The position numbers were made by a program, and so were the translations under genes. Below the pieces are notes generated by a model, which had not been told where the DNA came from, made no database searches, and worked only from the letters and a program-made list of their open reading frames with translations. Of a stretch of DNA of 64,000 nucleotides, positions 39,981 to 50,019 are shown in pieces. This DNA is from an uncultured Staphylococcus sp. (GTDB taxonomy: Bacteria > Bacteroidota > Bacteroidia > Bacteroidales > Muribaculaceae), in contig CAZKIE010000004.1 in assembly GCA_964552825.1 (NCBI GenBank), positions 56,964 to 120,963 on the forward strand, written 5' to 3'. Each line of letters begins with the position of its first letter. Position 1 is the stretch's first letter.

Positions 39981-40235
39981 TTATCTTTCGATCAATTTCC
40001 ATATACCTCCTTTGTCGGGTCCTTCCCTTTTGACGCGGTTTTCCTTTACCAGTGATTCAAGTCTGCGTTTGACGCTACTTTCATGTATATTAAGTAGGAT
40101 TGCCAGTTCAGAGCGTGATATCGTAGGTTTGTCTCTTAGTATCTCGATAATCCTTGTTTTCTGGTCGGTTTCTGGTCGGTTTCTGGTTCGTTTTTGCGTA
40201 GGTTGCAACTGATTCCCTCGCATGGTCATAGGCAT
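39981..40235 (-). pseudogene. Winged-HTH fragment (C-terminus of an ATP-binding/Fic-type regulator)
   Basis: IIEILRDKPTISRSELA...SVKRRLESL...REGPDKGGIW; no convincing N-terminal domain. Confidence 0.55.
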
Positions 40236-40262
40236 CCGGACACATATCTCATGTCCGGATTA

Positions 40263-41753
40263 TTATTCAGCCTTGTAATGGTAGTCGATGCCGGGAGAAT
40301 CGTTGAGATAGTTAGGCATACACATCCCCGTGCGCGATCCAATGTAAGTGGGATCCGAGATATAGAATCTTGAACCGCCAAAATCATAAGCGTCACCCTT
40401 GATCGGCTCCGACAATTTGACCGAAGCACTCTCATGTCCGGGATAATTGATAAGATGATTCTCAAGCCCGAGCACATTCCAGAGCAGATACGTATAGAAT
40501 ATGGCACGATCCTCACAGTCGCATTTGGGATAGAACAATGTCTCCTCGAAGAAATAAGGCTTCTCGAAACCATGAAAATCGCCATCGGTCGCATACTCAA
40601 ACGCACCCTGCACGAACTGCAGCAGATCATCCACCGCCTGACGCTCATCCTTACCGGCAAGCTGAGCCTTGAACTGCGACACAATATCCTCCCTCACCTC
40701 AGGACACACATAGGAACGCGCGAAGTCAGCCGTAGGCATCTGAGGATAGCGGTAAAGCACCGGGAAAATCGAGGCATTTACCTCGCCGGAGATATGAAGA
40801 TCCTTGAAACTCAGATCATACTTATGAGGGACGTATGGCAGGTTAAGTCCGGCCAGCCGCAGATCCATGGGCATACCGGGATCATTGTTCTTCGGCAGCT
40901 GGCAGGTCGATATCGTGGTGCTTCCCTTTACTGAAGGGTCATAGTCATCAGGCCCGAAAATATAGAATTTCGTATCGTCGACCTTTATGAACATACGCGC
41001 ATACACCTGCTGGCGGAAAGGGATCAGAAGAAGGGCCTGACCATTGCCATTGACACCGATGCGCACACCATAGCCCATATTGGCGAGAAGAAAATGTTTA
41101 AGCGACGTCCGTGAAGTGATATCAGCTCCGGAATATCTCGCATCAATATAGCTTGACGCAAGTTCATATTTCAGATAATCATTGAGCCCTAATTCCCCGG
41201 CCTTTTTCTCTACTTCCCTAAGCAGGATCTGGGCTTCAGGATCCTTGGCGAGATTACGCCATTGTGTGGCATAGTCGCGCGGATCGTTAAGCTTCATTGC
41301 AAGCTTGATATCAGTATCAGGCATCGAAACCGGAGTCTCGAAAAAACCGAACTCGAAATCCGTGCGCGTCTTCTCAGGCACCGGTGGCAGCGGAGGCAAC
41401 TCCGGCCTCTTCGGCTCCACTGATTTTTCCGGCTTTGATTCAGGAACAGTTACAACGGGAAGAGGATGATCAGCCGGCGTATAGTCGTCAGCCGATGGCG
41501 CCACCTTGGGCTTAGGAGCCGAGTCGGCCGTTTCCCCCTTGAACTGCTGATAGTCAGCCCATGCGCCTTCAAGAAACTTGTCGTAGCGGTCAAGTATCCC
41601 TTTGCGGAATGAATTATAATTGTCGTGAAGACCCTTTCGGAACTCCTCAAACGACTGACGTTGGTTCTGGTCTGCTGCTGTCTGCTGCTGTGCCATTAAC
41701 GGCATAGCAATCAGAGCCGGCATAGCTATCAGTAGAAGGCTTCTCTTCATCAT
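40263..41753 (-). CDS. Exported protein with transglutaminase-like Cys-His-Asp domain
   Basis: Signal peptide, Pro-rich linker, KCDCEDRA, YPGH, SDPTY motifs. Confidence 0.7.
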   Translation of the reverse strand: MMKRSLLLIAMPALIAMPLMAQQQTAADQNQRQSFEEFRKGLHDNYNSFRKGILDRYDKFLEGAWADYQQFKGETADSAPKPKVAPSADDYTPADHPLPVVTVPESKPEKSVEPKRPELPPLPPVPEKTRTDFEFGFFETPVSMPDTDIKLAMKLNDPRDYATQWRNLAKDPEAQILLREVEKKAGELGLNDYLKYELASSYIDARYSGADITSRTSLKHFLLANMGYGVRIGVNGNGQALLLIPFRQQVYARMFIKVDDTKFYIFGPDDYDPSVKGSTTISTCQLPKNNDPGMPMDLRLAGLNLPYVPHKYDLSFKDLHISGEVNASIFPVLYRYPQMPTADFARSYVCPEVREDIVSQFKAQLAGKDERQAVDDLLQFVQGAFEYATDGDFHGFEKPYFFEETLFYPKCDCEDRAIFYTYLLWNVLGLENHLINYPGHESASVKLSEPIKGDAYDFGGSRFYISDPTYIGSRTGMCMPNYLNDSPGIDYHYKAE

Positions 41754-41827
41754 TGTGATTTTTTCAGGCTTCGGTGTGGAATGGAGAGGGGTGTTCCGAC
41801 ACCCCTCTCCGTTTATAGATATGATGT

Positions 41828-42481
41828 TTATTTCTCGCCACGGACAAACGCAGAGATTCTCTCAGCGTTCTTCTGGGCAGCCTCGCTCTCCTTGAGTGCG
41901 TTCTCAAGGCTGCGCAGACGGGCCTTTGTGGCGGAGTTCTCGTTAAGCACGAAGAAAGTCTGCACCTCGTAGATGCCACTGCCTGTCTCGCGGATGAGGG
42001 AGAAGCTTTCCACCATCTCACCCTTAATGTCCTTCTGCACCTCACGCTCGAAAGCACTGTAGAAATGCTCGAACTCAGTCTCTGTCATGGAGCCGTCAGC
42101 GGTGACATCGGTCAGCATACGGCCACGTATATCACTGTATTCCTGTGCATAAGTGATAGCTGCATTGTTGGCTGCCATCTGTTTGCCCACATTCTTCGAC
42201 TTCACATTTGTAGCGATACCGACAATCTCGCGGGCATCGTCGCCGCCATTGTCAAGCTTGTCATAATGGCTCAACAACACGCTTTCGAGAGTACGGGTAG
42301 CACCGAGCACACTCTAGCCCTCCTTTTCGAGGCGCTTGATCATTTTCTTGCTCTCTTTTTTGTTTTCTTTCACGCGTTCTTTACGCTCTTTTGCAGCCTG
42401 CTTTTCAGACTTGGTGTCGGCCATGGCTGCTGACGGGATGAGGAGGCAGAATGCCACCAAAAGAAAGAGAATTTTCTTCAT
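41828..42481 (-). pseudogene. Exported hypothetical protein interrupted by one in-frame TAG
   Basis: ATG 42481 MKKILFLL signal peptide reads in frame to ...LEKEG*SVLGATR; TAG at 42314-42316. Confidence 0.75.
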
Positions 42482-42506
42482 GATAATGGTTGTTTTTGGT
42501 GATTTC

Positions 42507-43382
42507 TTATTCGTTGGTAATCTGAAGATTCATGATTTTGACACCCATCTTTGGGTCATTGCGTCTCGATTTGGCGAGCCATTTTGTGAATGTGTCCTTG
42601 TCGAGGGTGCGGGGGACAGTACCGTCTGACGCATTGTCGACAGCCCTGCTGAACGGGCGCGGGGAGAAAACCACATAGAGTGAATTGCGCTCCACGGTCT
42701 CAGTGGTCATCATCAGTTCGTCCACACTGCCGTATTCGCGATCCGCCTGAGCCGGATCGAAGAACACATATTCTTTCCCGCGCTTCACCTTGACTTCATC
42801 CTTCACCGCGTTCTGATAGGGCAGCAGCGAATATACATTGGACGCATCATCGGCGAGATAGCAGGCTATATATCCGTCGGACGGAGCGCGGAAGTATAGA
42901 TACAGATCATCGCCGGAGCGGAAATGCGTGTCGGAATGTTTGACAGTAGTGCCGTTGCGGAGCACGAGAGCCTCGAATTCAGCAGCCTCATTGGATATTG
43001 GCCGTGCTGTACCCGTGACAATACATTTCACCACATAGCACCCGTCGTTGTCAAGACTGTATTCAAACTTAGGTTCCCCCTCGTCGGCTATCCATTCTCC
43101 CTTGACCGAGGTCTGACTGAGCGATGAGAAATAAGTGGACTGGTCGCGGTCATTCATAGTCTCATGCTGGTACGTGTCCTGGCTCACTACCGTGCCGAAC
43201 TCATTGGCAAGAGCCTGCAGACGGGCACCCTGGAGTGCCTGCTGGCGACACTGCTCACGGGAGTCATTCTTGTCACCGAAGTAAGTGAATTCACCGCGCA
43301 GCTTCTTGACATCCGCAGCTCCGCACGGGATAGCGAGGATGCATACGAGGCATAAAGCCATGATGTTGCGGAGTATTTTCAT
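42507..43382 (-). CDS. DUF4384-like exported protein
   Basis: Signal peptide, ARLQALANEFG, FRSGDDLYLYFRAPSDGY...LLPY. Confidence 0.72.
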   Translation of the reverse strand: MKILRNIMALCLVCILAIPCGAADVKKLRGEFTYFGDKNDSREQCRQQALQGARLQALANEFGTVVSQDTYQHETMNDRDQSTYFSSLSQTSVKGEWIADEGEPKFEYSLDNDGCYVVKCIVTGTARPISNEAAEFEALVLRNGTTVKHSDTHFRSGDDLYLYFRAPSDGYIACYLADDASNVYSLLPYQNAVKDEVKVKRGKEYVFFDPAQADREYGSVDELMMTTETVERNSLYVVFSPRPFSRAVDNASDGTVPRTLDKDTFTKWLAKSRRNDPKMGVKIMNLQITNE

Positions 43383-43383
43383 A

Positions 43384-46074
43384 TCAGTCTACGATTTTTT
43401 TCTTGTGCCAGTTGTTTGTCATCTCCCCCGAAGTGCTCACCTGAGGATTCTGCGGCTTGGAGTTGATGATGGTCGACTGGCGTTTCACATTGGCTGTCAC
43501 ATAATCCGTGAGATCCTTGAGGCTCACGTTGCCTTTGGATTCCTGAAGTTTCTTGAGCAGGTAATATGTGAACAGACCATGGTTCTTCTCCTTATAGGGC
43601 AGGGCGGTTTCCTGTGCGGATGCCGCAGTGAGCGAGAACATATTGCCTTGCGGCGATGCATCCTTGTGCTTGATCACGACTGATCGGGTCTTGTTGAGCA
43701 TCTCTCCGTCGCGCTGGCTGCCACTGAAGCAGGCATTCATGAACACCATCACTGATTTCGCGCCCATACTTCCGAGGTCGGCATATACCTTCTCCACCGG
43801 CAGACAGGTCTCGGGGACGAGAGCATCGCCGTCAGTGGGAAGCAGAAGTGCGCTCTTGGTGGCATCGTCAGGCATACCGTGGCCGGCATAGTAGAAGATC
43901 ACGTCGGCATTGCCGTCGACGGAGCTTACGATGTTGCGTATATCCACGAGCGCGCGCTTCATCTGGCCTGATGTCGCATCGCGGTATATGCGGATGTTCT
44001 CCTTGGGGAGTCCGAGTGTAAGATTGCAGTAACGGCTGAACGCCTCGCCGTCGTTGAGCGCTGACTCCACGTTGGCGGTGGTGGCATACTTCTCGTTGGC
44101 GATGATCACGGCAAATGTCGAAGGAGCGCTTTTGCCGGTCTGCGGAATGTTGCGGTCTACATCACTCTGTGCGGTGATGATCTTCTCCTCGCCTTTCCAT
44201 GTCTGTGTACCGCCTCCGGCGTTGTCGACATTCTTGTTGGCATCGGCAAGGATCTTGTCGAAATCGACATTGATCTTTGTCTGTGCATATTCCTTCTTCT
44301 TGGAATTGTCGAAGGAATAGCTCTTGCCGTATGTCGTGATGAAGGTTATGCCGGCGATGTAGACCTGATCCTCATTGATATAGTAGCTCGGATTGTGAAT
44401 CTTCATCGTCTCCCAGTTGGCCTTGAAGATCTCAGCCTCGCCGTTGGCCAGCGGGACAGGCAGATAGATGGGGCCGAAGTTGGATTCTATCAGATAGCAT
44501 TCCGAACCGGTGTCGTAGGGCTTCAGCTTGAAGTCGGTCGGACGGAGCTGGCGGGTGTAGAGCGATAGATATTCTTTCTCGGCTTCCTTGACAAGGCGGT
44601 CATACTCATGGCGGATCGTCATGTCATTGACGCGCGACGAATATATGTCGTCCTTCTCGAACTCGCCTTTGCCCACCCACTTTGACAGACGCTTCTCGAT
44701 GTAACTCTTGGCGAAGTCGGAATAGATGGGCACCTCTCCGCCTATGGCTTTGTTTTTCGAGTCCTGGGCTATGAAGTTGGGCTTGTTGGCATCGTTGAAT
44801 GTCATTTCTGACGGCAGATCCTTCTCGCCCACCGGGGCTTGACCGAGAGCCTTGATGCGGGTGTTTGTGGCCTCGAACTTGTCCATATTGCCGATACATC
44901 CGTAGCTCACGGCAAGAGCCTTGAGATACTTCATGTTCACAGGATCGTTGGCGAGCACCTCCTCGAGCTTCATCGTGGCCGCATCGAAATACGAGTCGCA
45001 CTGGCGGCGATATTTCTTCTGCTCCTTCTCCTCGGTCTCGAATATCACCTTGTTGTAGTAGTTGACACCGAGATTGTAGTAGCACAGGGCTATGCGCTTG
45101 GCTATGCCGAGGTTGTTGGGCTTCATCTCGTCGAGGATATTGTAGGTCTGGAGTGCCTGCTGGTATTCCTGACGGTCCTCCTGGAGCTTGGCCTGAATCA
45201 TGAGAAGCTGCTCGTCATTGGGCCGGAACACCTTGGCCTTGTCGAGAAACGACTGCAGCAGTTCGGCGCGGCCTCCATCCATACATGAACGCATGGCGAA
45301 AAGCAGGAAATTGTAGTTGGTGGGATACTTCTCGATGGCCTTGGTCATGATATTTATGGCCTTGTCATATTCGCCGGTGTTCATACAGGCCTGTCCCATG
45401 AAGAGATAGATCTGTTCGAGCGATTTCTCCTCTCCGGTGGCCAGATATTCGTCAAAATATTTTATGGCCTGGGAATATTCCTTGGCATTGTAGGCCGACG
45501 ATGCCGCGCAGTAGATGATGGGAGGATATGCCGACGGGTTGCCGGGGAATGTCTCACCCTTGAACTCGTCCATGAGCCTTGTGTCCACCACGCAACGGGC
45601 GAAAGAGTTCATCTTCTCGCTGTTGCCCGTGCTTGAGTAGTAGAAGGCTCCTTCGAGCAGGTCGCGGTTGATGTCGCGGAGCATACTGGTGCATCTCTCG
45701 CGTTCCGCCTTGTCGTTTTTGGCGAGTTTGTAGCCCTTGAGCGCGGCTTCATAGCAGTTCATCGCTGTCGGATAGATGGCGCTTTCGTCCTCGCCTTCCA
45801 TCTTCTGCCATTTCAGATGCTTGTAGAGAGTCGAGGCGCGGTCTATGGCCTCAAGCATCTCGGCGCGTTTCAGGGAATCGGCATTGACGAGCGCGCCTGC
45901 GCCCATCATGTCGCCGCTTCCCATATCGAGCAGCCCTCCGCCCATCATGCCGGACGCGTCGATGGTCAGGGAGTCAGACCCGTCGGAGGTGTCCGTCAGC
46001 GACAGTTGTGCTGTGGCCACTCCTCCGGCGAGCAGTGTCAGGATCAGTGATAAGGTCGTGGTTCTGTTTTTCAT
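43384..46074 (-). CDS. Exported TPR protein with C-terminal caspase (C14) domain
   Basis: Signal peptide, TPR-like helices, FAVIIANEKY, FYYAGHG, FMNACFSG, HGLFTYYLLKKL. Confidence 0.86.
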   Translation of the reverse strand: MKNRTTTLSLILTLLAGGVATAQLSLTDTSDGSDSLTIDASGMMGGGLLDMGSGDMMGAGALVNADSLKRAEMLEAIDRASTLYKHLKWQKMEGEDESAIYPTAMNCYEAALKGYKLAKNDKAERERCTSMLRDINRDLLEGAFYYSSTGNSEKMNSFARCVVDTRLMDEFKGETFPGNPSAYPPIIYCAASSAYNAKEYSQAIKYFDEYLATGEEKSLEQIYLFMGQACMNTGEYDKAINIMTKAIEKYPTNYNFLLFAMRSCMDGGRAELLQSFLDKAKVFRPNDEQLLMIQAKLQEDRQEYQQALQTYNILDEMKPNNLGIAKRIALCYYNLGVNYYNKVIFETEEKEQKKYRRQCDSYFDAATMKLEEVLANDPVNMKYLKALAVSYGCIGNMDKFEATNTRIKALGQAPVGEKDLPSEMTFNDANKPNFIAQDSKNKAIGGEVPIYSDFAKSYIEKRLSKWVGKGEFEKDDIYSSRVNDMTIRHEYDRLVKEAEKEYLSLYTRQLRPTDFKLKPYDTGSECYLIESNFGPIYLPVPLANGEAEIFKANWETMKIHNPSYYINEDQVYIAGITFITTYGKSYSFDNSKKKEYAQTKINVDFDKILADANKNVDNAGGGTQTWKGEEKIITAQSDVDRNIPQTGKSAPSTFAVIIANEKYATTANVESALNDGEAFSRYCNLTLGLPKENIRIYRDATSGQMKRALVDIRNIVSSVDGNADVIFYYAGHGMPDDATKSALLLPTDGDALVPETCLPVEKVYADLGSMGAKSVMVFMNACFSGSQRDGEMLNKTRSVVIKHKDASPQGNMFSLTAASAQETALPYKEKNHGLFTYYLLKKLQESKGNVSLKDLTDYVTANVKRQSTIINSKPQNPQVSTSGEMTNNWHKKKIVD

Positions 46075-46086
46075 AACCGGTTTTTG

Positions 46087-48189
46087 TTAGAAAGCGTCCA
46101 CGAAGGTGAATTCCGTGGTGATACGGCGGAACTGGCCACCTTTCTCCTCGGCTACGTCGATGTAGACATCATGGCTTGTGTCCATGCTGTTGAGGTTGGA
46201 CACGTTCTTCTCAAGATAGTTCTTGACACCCATGGCGCGCATGAATGCGAGCTGTTCGTTCTGCTTGATGCCTTCCTGTGAGTTGACGCTTATATTGGAG
46301 AGCTGGCTGTTCCTGTAGACGGGTTCGTTCTCGAAGTCACCGTAGGTGCCGTCGTAGGGGATACCGCGGACGATTGGAGCGGCGTCGGCTGTACCGTAGA
46401 TCTTCATTTTCAGCTGTTTGCCCTCCTTGATATACTGGGAGAAATCATTCTCGAAGGCTTCCTTGACGATGGCGAGCATCGATGATGCGGCTCCTGACTC
46501 AGCCACGTGGTATTTGCCGGGGGCGAAGTCCTCTGCCACGGAGAAGTCAGGCTCGACCTCGTAGGAGAACTTCACGATATAGTTGAGTATCTTGTCGCCG
46601 TTGGCGTTGTAGGAAGCCTCGACGCGGGAATCGACGGTGATATTGGTGTGGTCGGATATGATGTTGCTCTTCTTGGCTTCCTCGTAGACCTTTTCCCTGA
46701 TTTCCTGAAGCTTCATTTCCTCCATCTGCTGCTGCTGGATGATCTCGAGCGACACCACATTGTCGTCGCCGTCCATGAAGTTGAGGGGTACACGGTCGAG
46801 ATTGTCGTAGATATAAGTCTGTCCGTTCTCCGTGTTGTAGACCTTGGCATAGATAAGCTCGAAGTTGTCGTCGGCCATGACGCCATACTTGGCATCAGTG
46901 AACTTGAGGGAGCTTGCGCTTTTGAATGCGCCGAGGTCGGTTTCGGGCACCTGAAGACCGATGGAAGGCATATTGTCGAAGTCGATGGCGAGGATACCGT
47001 TGCCACGGTCGTATTTACCGAGAGCCACTTCGGCTGCTGCCACGGGGTCGCCTGCGAGGTTGGTGGAGATCTCCTCCTCGAAGAGCTTGCGCATCTTGGC
47101 GCGGGACTCGTCGGTGACACGGGCGCGGTACTCATCCATGGACTCGCCGGGCATCATCTTCAACCATTCGTTCATTTTCTCGTTCACCTGGTCGGAGATC
47201 AGCTTGCCGTAGTAAGGCTCGAGCTTGGTCATGCGTTGGGCGTTGACCATGTCCTTGGATGTGAACGCCATGATGGTGTTGTTGCGGGCATCGCTGAGGA
47301 ATGTGAGGTATGTGATGTCGCCCTCGTCGATCTTGATGTAGTCCACATCGCTGTCCTTGACGAGGTTTATCACGGCTATGATCTCAGGCGAGGTGGCCAC
47401 GGAGATGTACTTGCCGTCGAGGTTGTAGTCACATGATATGCCTTGGCCGAGATCGTCGATGGTCTTCTTGATGACGAATGTGCGGGTGTCGTAGATGCTG
47501 AGGATGCCGTCGGCGGTGAGCACTGCAAGTTCAGTGTCGTCGTGGTTGAAGGCCATAGAGTTGACTTTCACTCCGAAGTCCCAGTCTTTGCGGACTTTCT
47601 TGTCGGCGTAGTTAAGCACGGCCACCTTGGTGCTGTCGGTGACGGCGAGGAAGTAGGCGTTGCTGCTGAACACCATGTCGTTGACCTCAAATGGAAGATC
47701 CATACGGTCGATCACCTCATATTTCTTGGGCTCGATGATGTTGAGACCTGTTGAGGTGGCGATGACGATGTTGCGGGCATCGGGGGTGAAGGTGGCGGCG
47801 GTGGGATTGCCTATCTTCTTGTTCTTGAACCGGAATATCTCGGTGTTGGCCTGCTTGAAGTCGTAGAGAAGCGCGGTGTTTTCCTTCTTTCCCTTCACGA
47901 CGGTGATGTAGTGGGAGCAGGAGGGGGAGAGATCCACGTACTTGAGCGTATTCTTCTCTACGTCGAAGTATTTGGATCCCTGTATGGTTGAGACATGATT
48001 GTCAAATACAGTGAAGAATGCGGATGAATACTTCAACAGTTTGTTAGGGGTAGCTTTCTGTGGAAAGTTGTAGGTCAGTTTGGGCTGCGATACTTCATGG
48101 ATGGCAACCTCGTCGGCATTGACTGTCAGGATGCCGGCTGCAGTGACACATATCGCTGCGGCGGTCAGGGTCTTGGATAAGTAGTGCAT
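46087..48189 (-). CDS. Exported WD40 beta-propeller protein with OmpA-like C-terminal domain
   Basis: Signal peptide, WD-like repeats (FTPDA, FSSNA, FNHDD), GTADA...NEQLAFMRA...FRRI resembling OmpA_C. Confidence 0.72.
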   Translation of the reverse strand: MHYLSKTLTAAAICVTAAGILTVNADEVAIHEVSQPKLTYNFPQKATPNKLLKYSSAFFTVFDNHVSTIQGSKYFDVEKNTLKYVDLSPSCSHYITVVKGKKENTALLYDFKQANTEIFRFKNKKIGNPTAATFTPDARNIVIATSTGLNIIEPKKYEVIDRMDLPFEVNDMVFSSNAYFLAVTDSTKVAVLNYADKKVRKDWDFGVKVNSMAFNHDDTELAVLTADGILSIYDTRTFVIKKTIDDLGQGISCDYNLDGKYISVATSPEIIAVINLVKDSDVDYIKIDEGDITYLTFLSDARNNTIMAFTSKDMVNAQRMTKLEPYYGKLISDQVNEKMNEWLKMMPGESMDEYRARVTDESRAKMRKLFEEEISTNLAGDPVAAAEVALGKYDRGNGILAIDFDNMPSIGLQVPETDLGAFKSASSLKFTDAKYGVMADDNFELIYAKVYNTENGQTYIYDNLDRVPLNFMDGDDNVVSLEIIQQQQMEEMKLQEIREKVYEEAKKSNIISDHTNITVDSRVEASYNANGDKILNYIVKFSYEVEPDFSVAEDFAPGKYHVAESGAASSMLAIVKEAFENDFSQYIKEGKQLKMKIYGTADAAPIVRGIPYDGTYGDFENEPVYRNSQLSNISVNSQEGIKQNEQLAFMRAMGVKNYLEKNVSNLNSMDTSHDVYIDVAEEKGGQFRRITTEFTFVDAF

Positions 48190-48256
48190 TGTTTCTATGT
48201 GATAATTATTTGTTCTTTATCTTGATGTTTAAAGTGAGGGGGAGGAGGAGAGGGGA

Positions 48257-49102
48257 TTAGCGGAGAGCTTTTATATAGATGGGGAGCTCGGCCGAGGGGG
48301 TGGCTATGTCGGCATGGGTCAGCATCTCTTCGAGATCCTTGAGAAGACCGTTGAGGTTGAAGGGTGCGGGGGTCATCAGGACCACATGGGTGTATCCTTC
48401 CTCAAGCGGGGAGGTCTGTTCCCTTGATATGATCTGGTTGCTGCCGAGCATATAGTTGCCAATGTCCTGTCCGAGTTCGGAGACCTCGACTCTCGGACTG
48501 CCCGGCTTGAACTTGAAGATGTTGAAGTAGACCGGATAGGAGTAGTCGCTCCGGATGTTGACCTTCATCCCTCCTGTCGGGCCGGATTCGTGGGTCAGCT
48601 CTACGGGCATCGCCGAGCGGGATAGGAAATCGTCGTTGCGGATCGCACCGGCAAGACACTGGCATAGATTCTCCTGAGTTATGTTCATGGCTGCCACAGC
48701 CGGGTCGAGGGCTATGAGCGAGCGTGTCACCATACCTGTCTGGTCGTAGACTTTCTGCTGCTTCTTTGAGCCGGCCACGCCTCGGATATTGTCGTGAATG
48801 GCCTTGGCATTGTCAGAAGCCTGCACGCGTGCGTCCATGGCGATGCGTGATGCCGAGAATTTGCCTGCGGACAGCGAGCGGAACAGCTGTGAGCCGTCGG
48901 CTGTGCTGCGGATCTCAATATATCCGTTCTCGGGTATGTTGACTACATCAGCTCCTGAAAGGTTCATCCCTTTGCTTACCGGAGTGGATGCGCCTCTCTT
49001 TTCGATAGTGACGTCGCCCGAGAAGTCGTGGACCACGTATTGGGCGTCGGCACTGATTGCGATTGTTAGGATCAAGCTAAGTATAAAGAATAACTTTTTC
49101 AT
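48257..49102 (-). CDS. Exported hypothetical protein with FecR-like N-terminus
   Basis: Signal peptide then VHDFSGDVTIEK...KGMNL..ADVVNI beta motif. Confidence 0.55.
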   Translation of the reverse strand: MKKLFFILSLILTIAISADAQYVVHDFSGDVTIEKRGASTPVSKGMNLSGADVVNIPENGYIEIRSTADGSQLFRSLSAGKFSASRIAMDARVQASDNAKAIHDNIRGVAGSKKQQKVYDQTGMVTRSLIALDPAVAAMNITQENLCQCLAGAIRNDDFLSRSAMPVELTHESGPTGGMKVNIRSDYSYPVYFNIFKFKPGSPRVEVSELGQDIGNYMLGSNQIISREQTSPLEEGYTHVVLMTPAPFNLNGLLKDLEEMLTHADIATPSAELPIYIKALR

Positions 49103-50019
49103 CGTGTAGTAGTGAGTATCAGCTTATAGGTTTTTGTCAGCTTCCCCCTTATCCATACGGCTGTTCCCTCCACTCCGACCCAGAAGTCGTTGGCGAGCAG
49201 ACCGAATGTGATCATCAGCAGTGAATAAGAGAAGTTTATGATGAGGTTATAATTGATAAAAAGTTCGTAGCCATATCGTATGGTGACGTAGAGGAGAAGG
49301 AGCTGGAACAGACGCATGGCCATTGACTTGATCTTCACGGGGATGAACATACTGAAAGCAATGACCATGAAGCATGAGATGAAGGCTATGGCCCAGTTCC
49401 ACCACTTACCTACTTTGTAGAAGTATTGTTCGGAGAGGATCGTTGAGAGAGTGTGGGCATGGATCTGCACACCGGTCATGGCGGCTTTGACAGGCGTGGT
49501 GTGCATATCCTCCTTGAAGCTGAGAGATCCGATGAGCACTATCTTGCCGGTGATTTCCTCGACGTTGTCGGGGATCTCCTCCGGCTTAAAGATGTTGTAG
49601 GTGCGTGAACAGAAGTTGATCACTTCCTCGGTGTTGTCTACGGCCATGACGAGGTTGGGACATCCTCTGAGTGCGTTGATGATGCGTGAGTCATCCTCCT
49701 TGGGCTCGCCGAACAGGATGTCGACACCGACCGCTTTGGGGGCACAGAGCGATACCATTTCAATCGCATCGGCTATCCCGTCGCGATCCAGCTCTCCGAT
49801 ATCGATCATCACTATGTCGGGGTCGAGGGTACGCACTGCCCGTTTGTCGGCCACGTGGCTGTAGAAGTCATTGATCGTGAAGTCGCTGCGGTCAGGCGAG
49901 GAGATCATGGTGGCGGCGGAGAAGGTGAGGGGTGAGAGCAGAACCTGTGACAGCATGAACGCAAGGGTGGTGATCCCGAGCGCTCTGAGGTATTTCTTGT
50001 GTCTGTCGCGAAGTTTCAT
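49099..50019 (-). CDS. CHASE2-domain membrane protein without cytoplasmic output domain
   Basis: DIVMIDI, PKAVGVDILF, GKIVLIG, GVQIHAHTLSTIL, then three TM helices and a short tail. Confidence 0.82.
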   Translation of the reverse strand: MKLRDRHKKYLRALGITTLAFMLSQVLLSPLTFSAATMISSPDRSDFTINDFYSHVADKRAVRTLDPDIVMIDIGELDRDGIADAIEMVSLCAPKAVGVDILFGEPKEDDSRIINALRGCPNLVMAVDNTEEVINFCSRTYNIFKPEEIPDNVEEITGKIVLIGSLSFKEDMHTTPVKAAMTGVQIHAHTLSTILSEQYFYKVGKWWNWAIAFISCFMVIAFSMFIPVKIKSMAMRLFQLLLLYVTIRYGYELFINYNLIINFSYSLLMITFGLLANDFWVGVEGTAVWIRGKLTKTYKLILTTTR

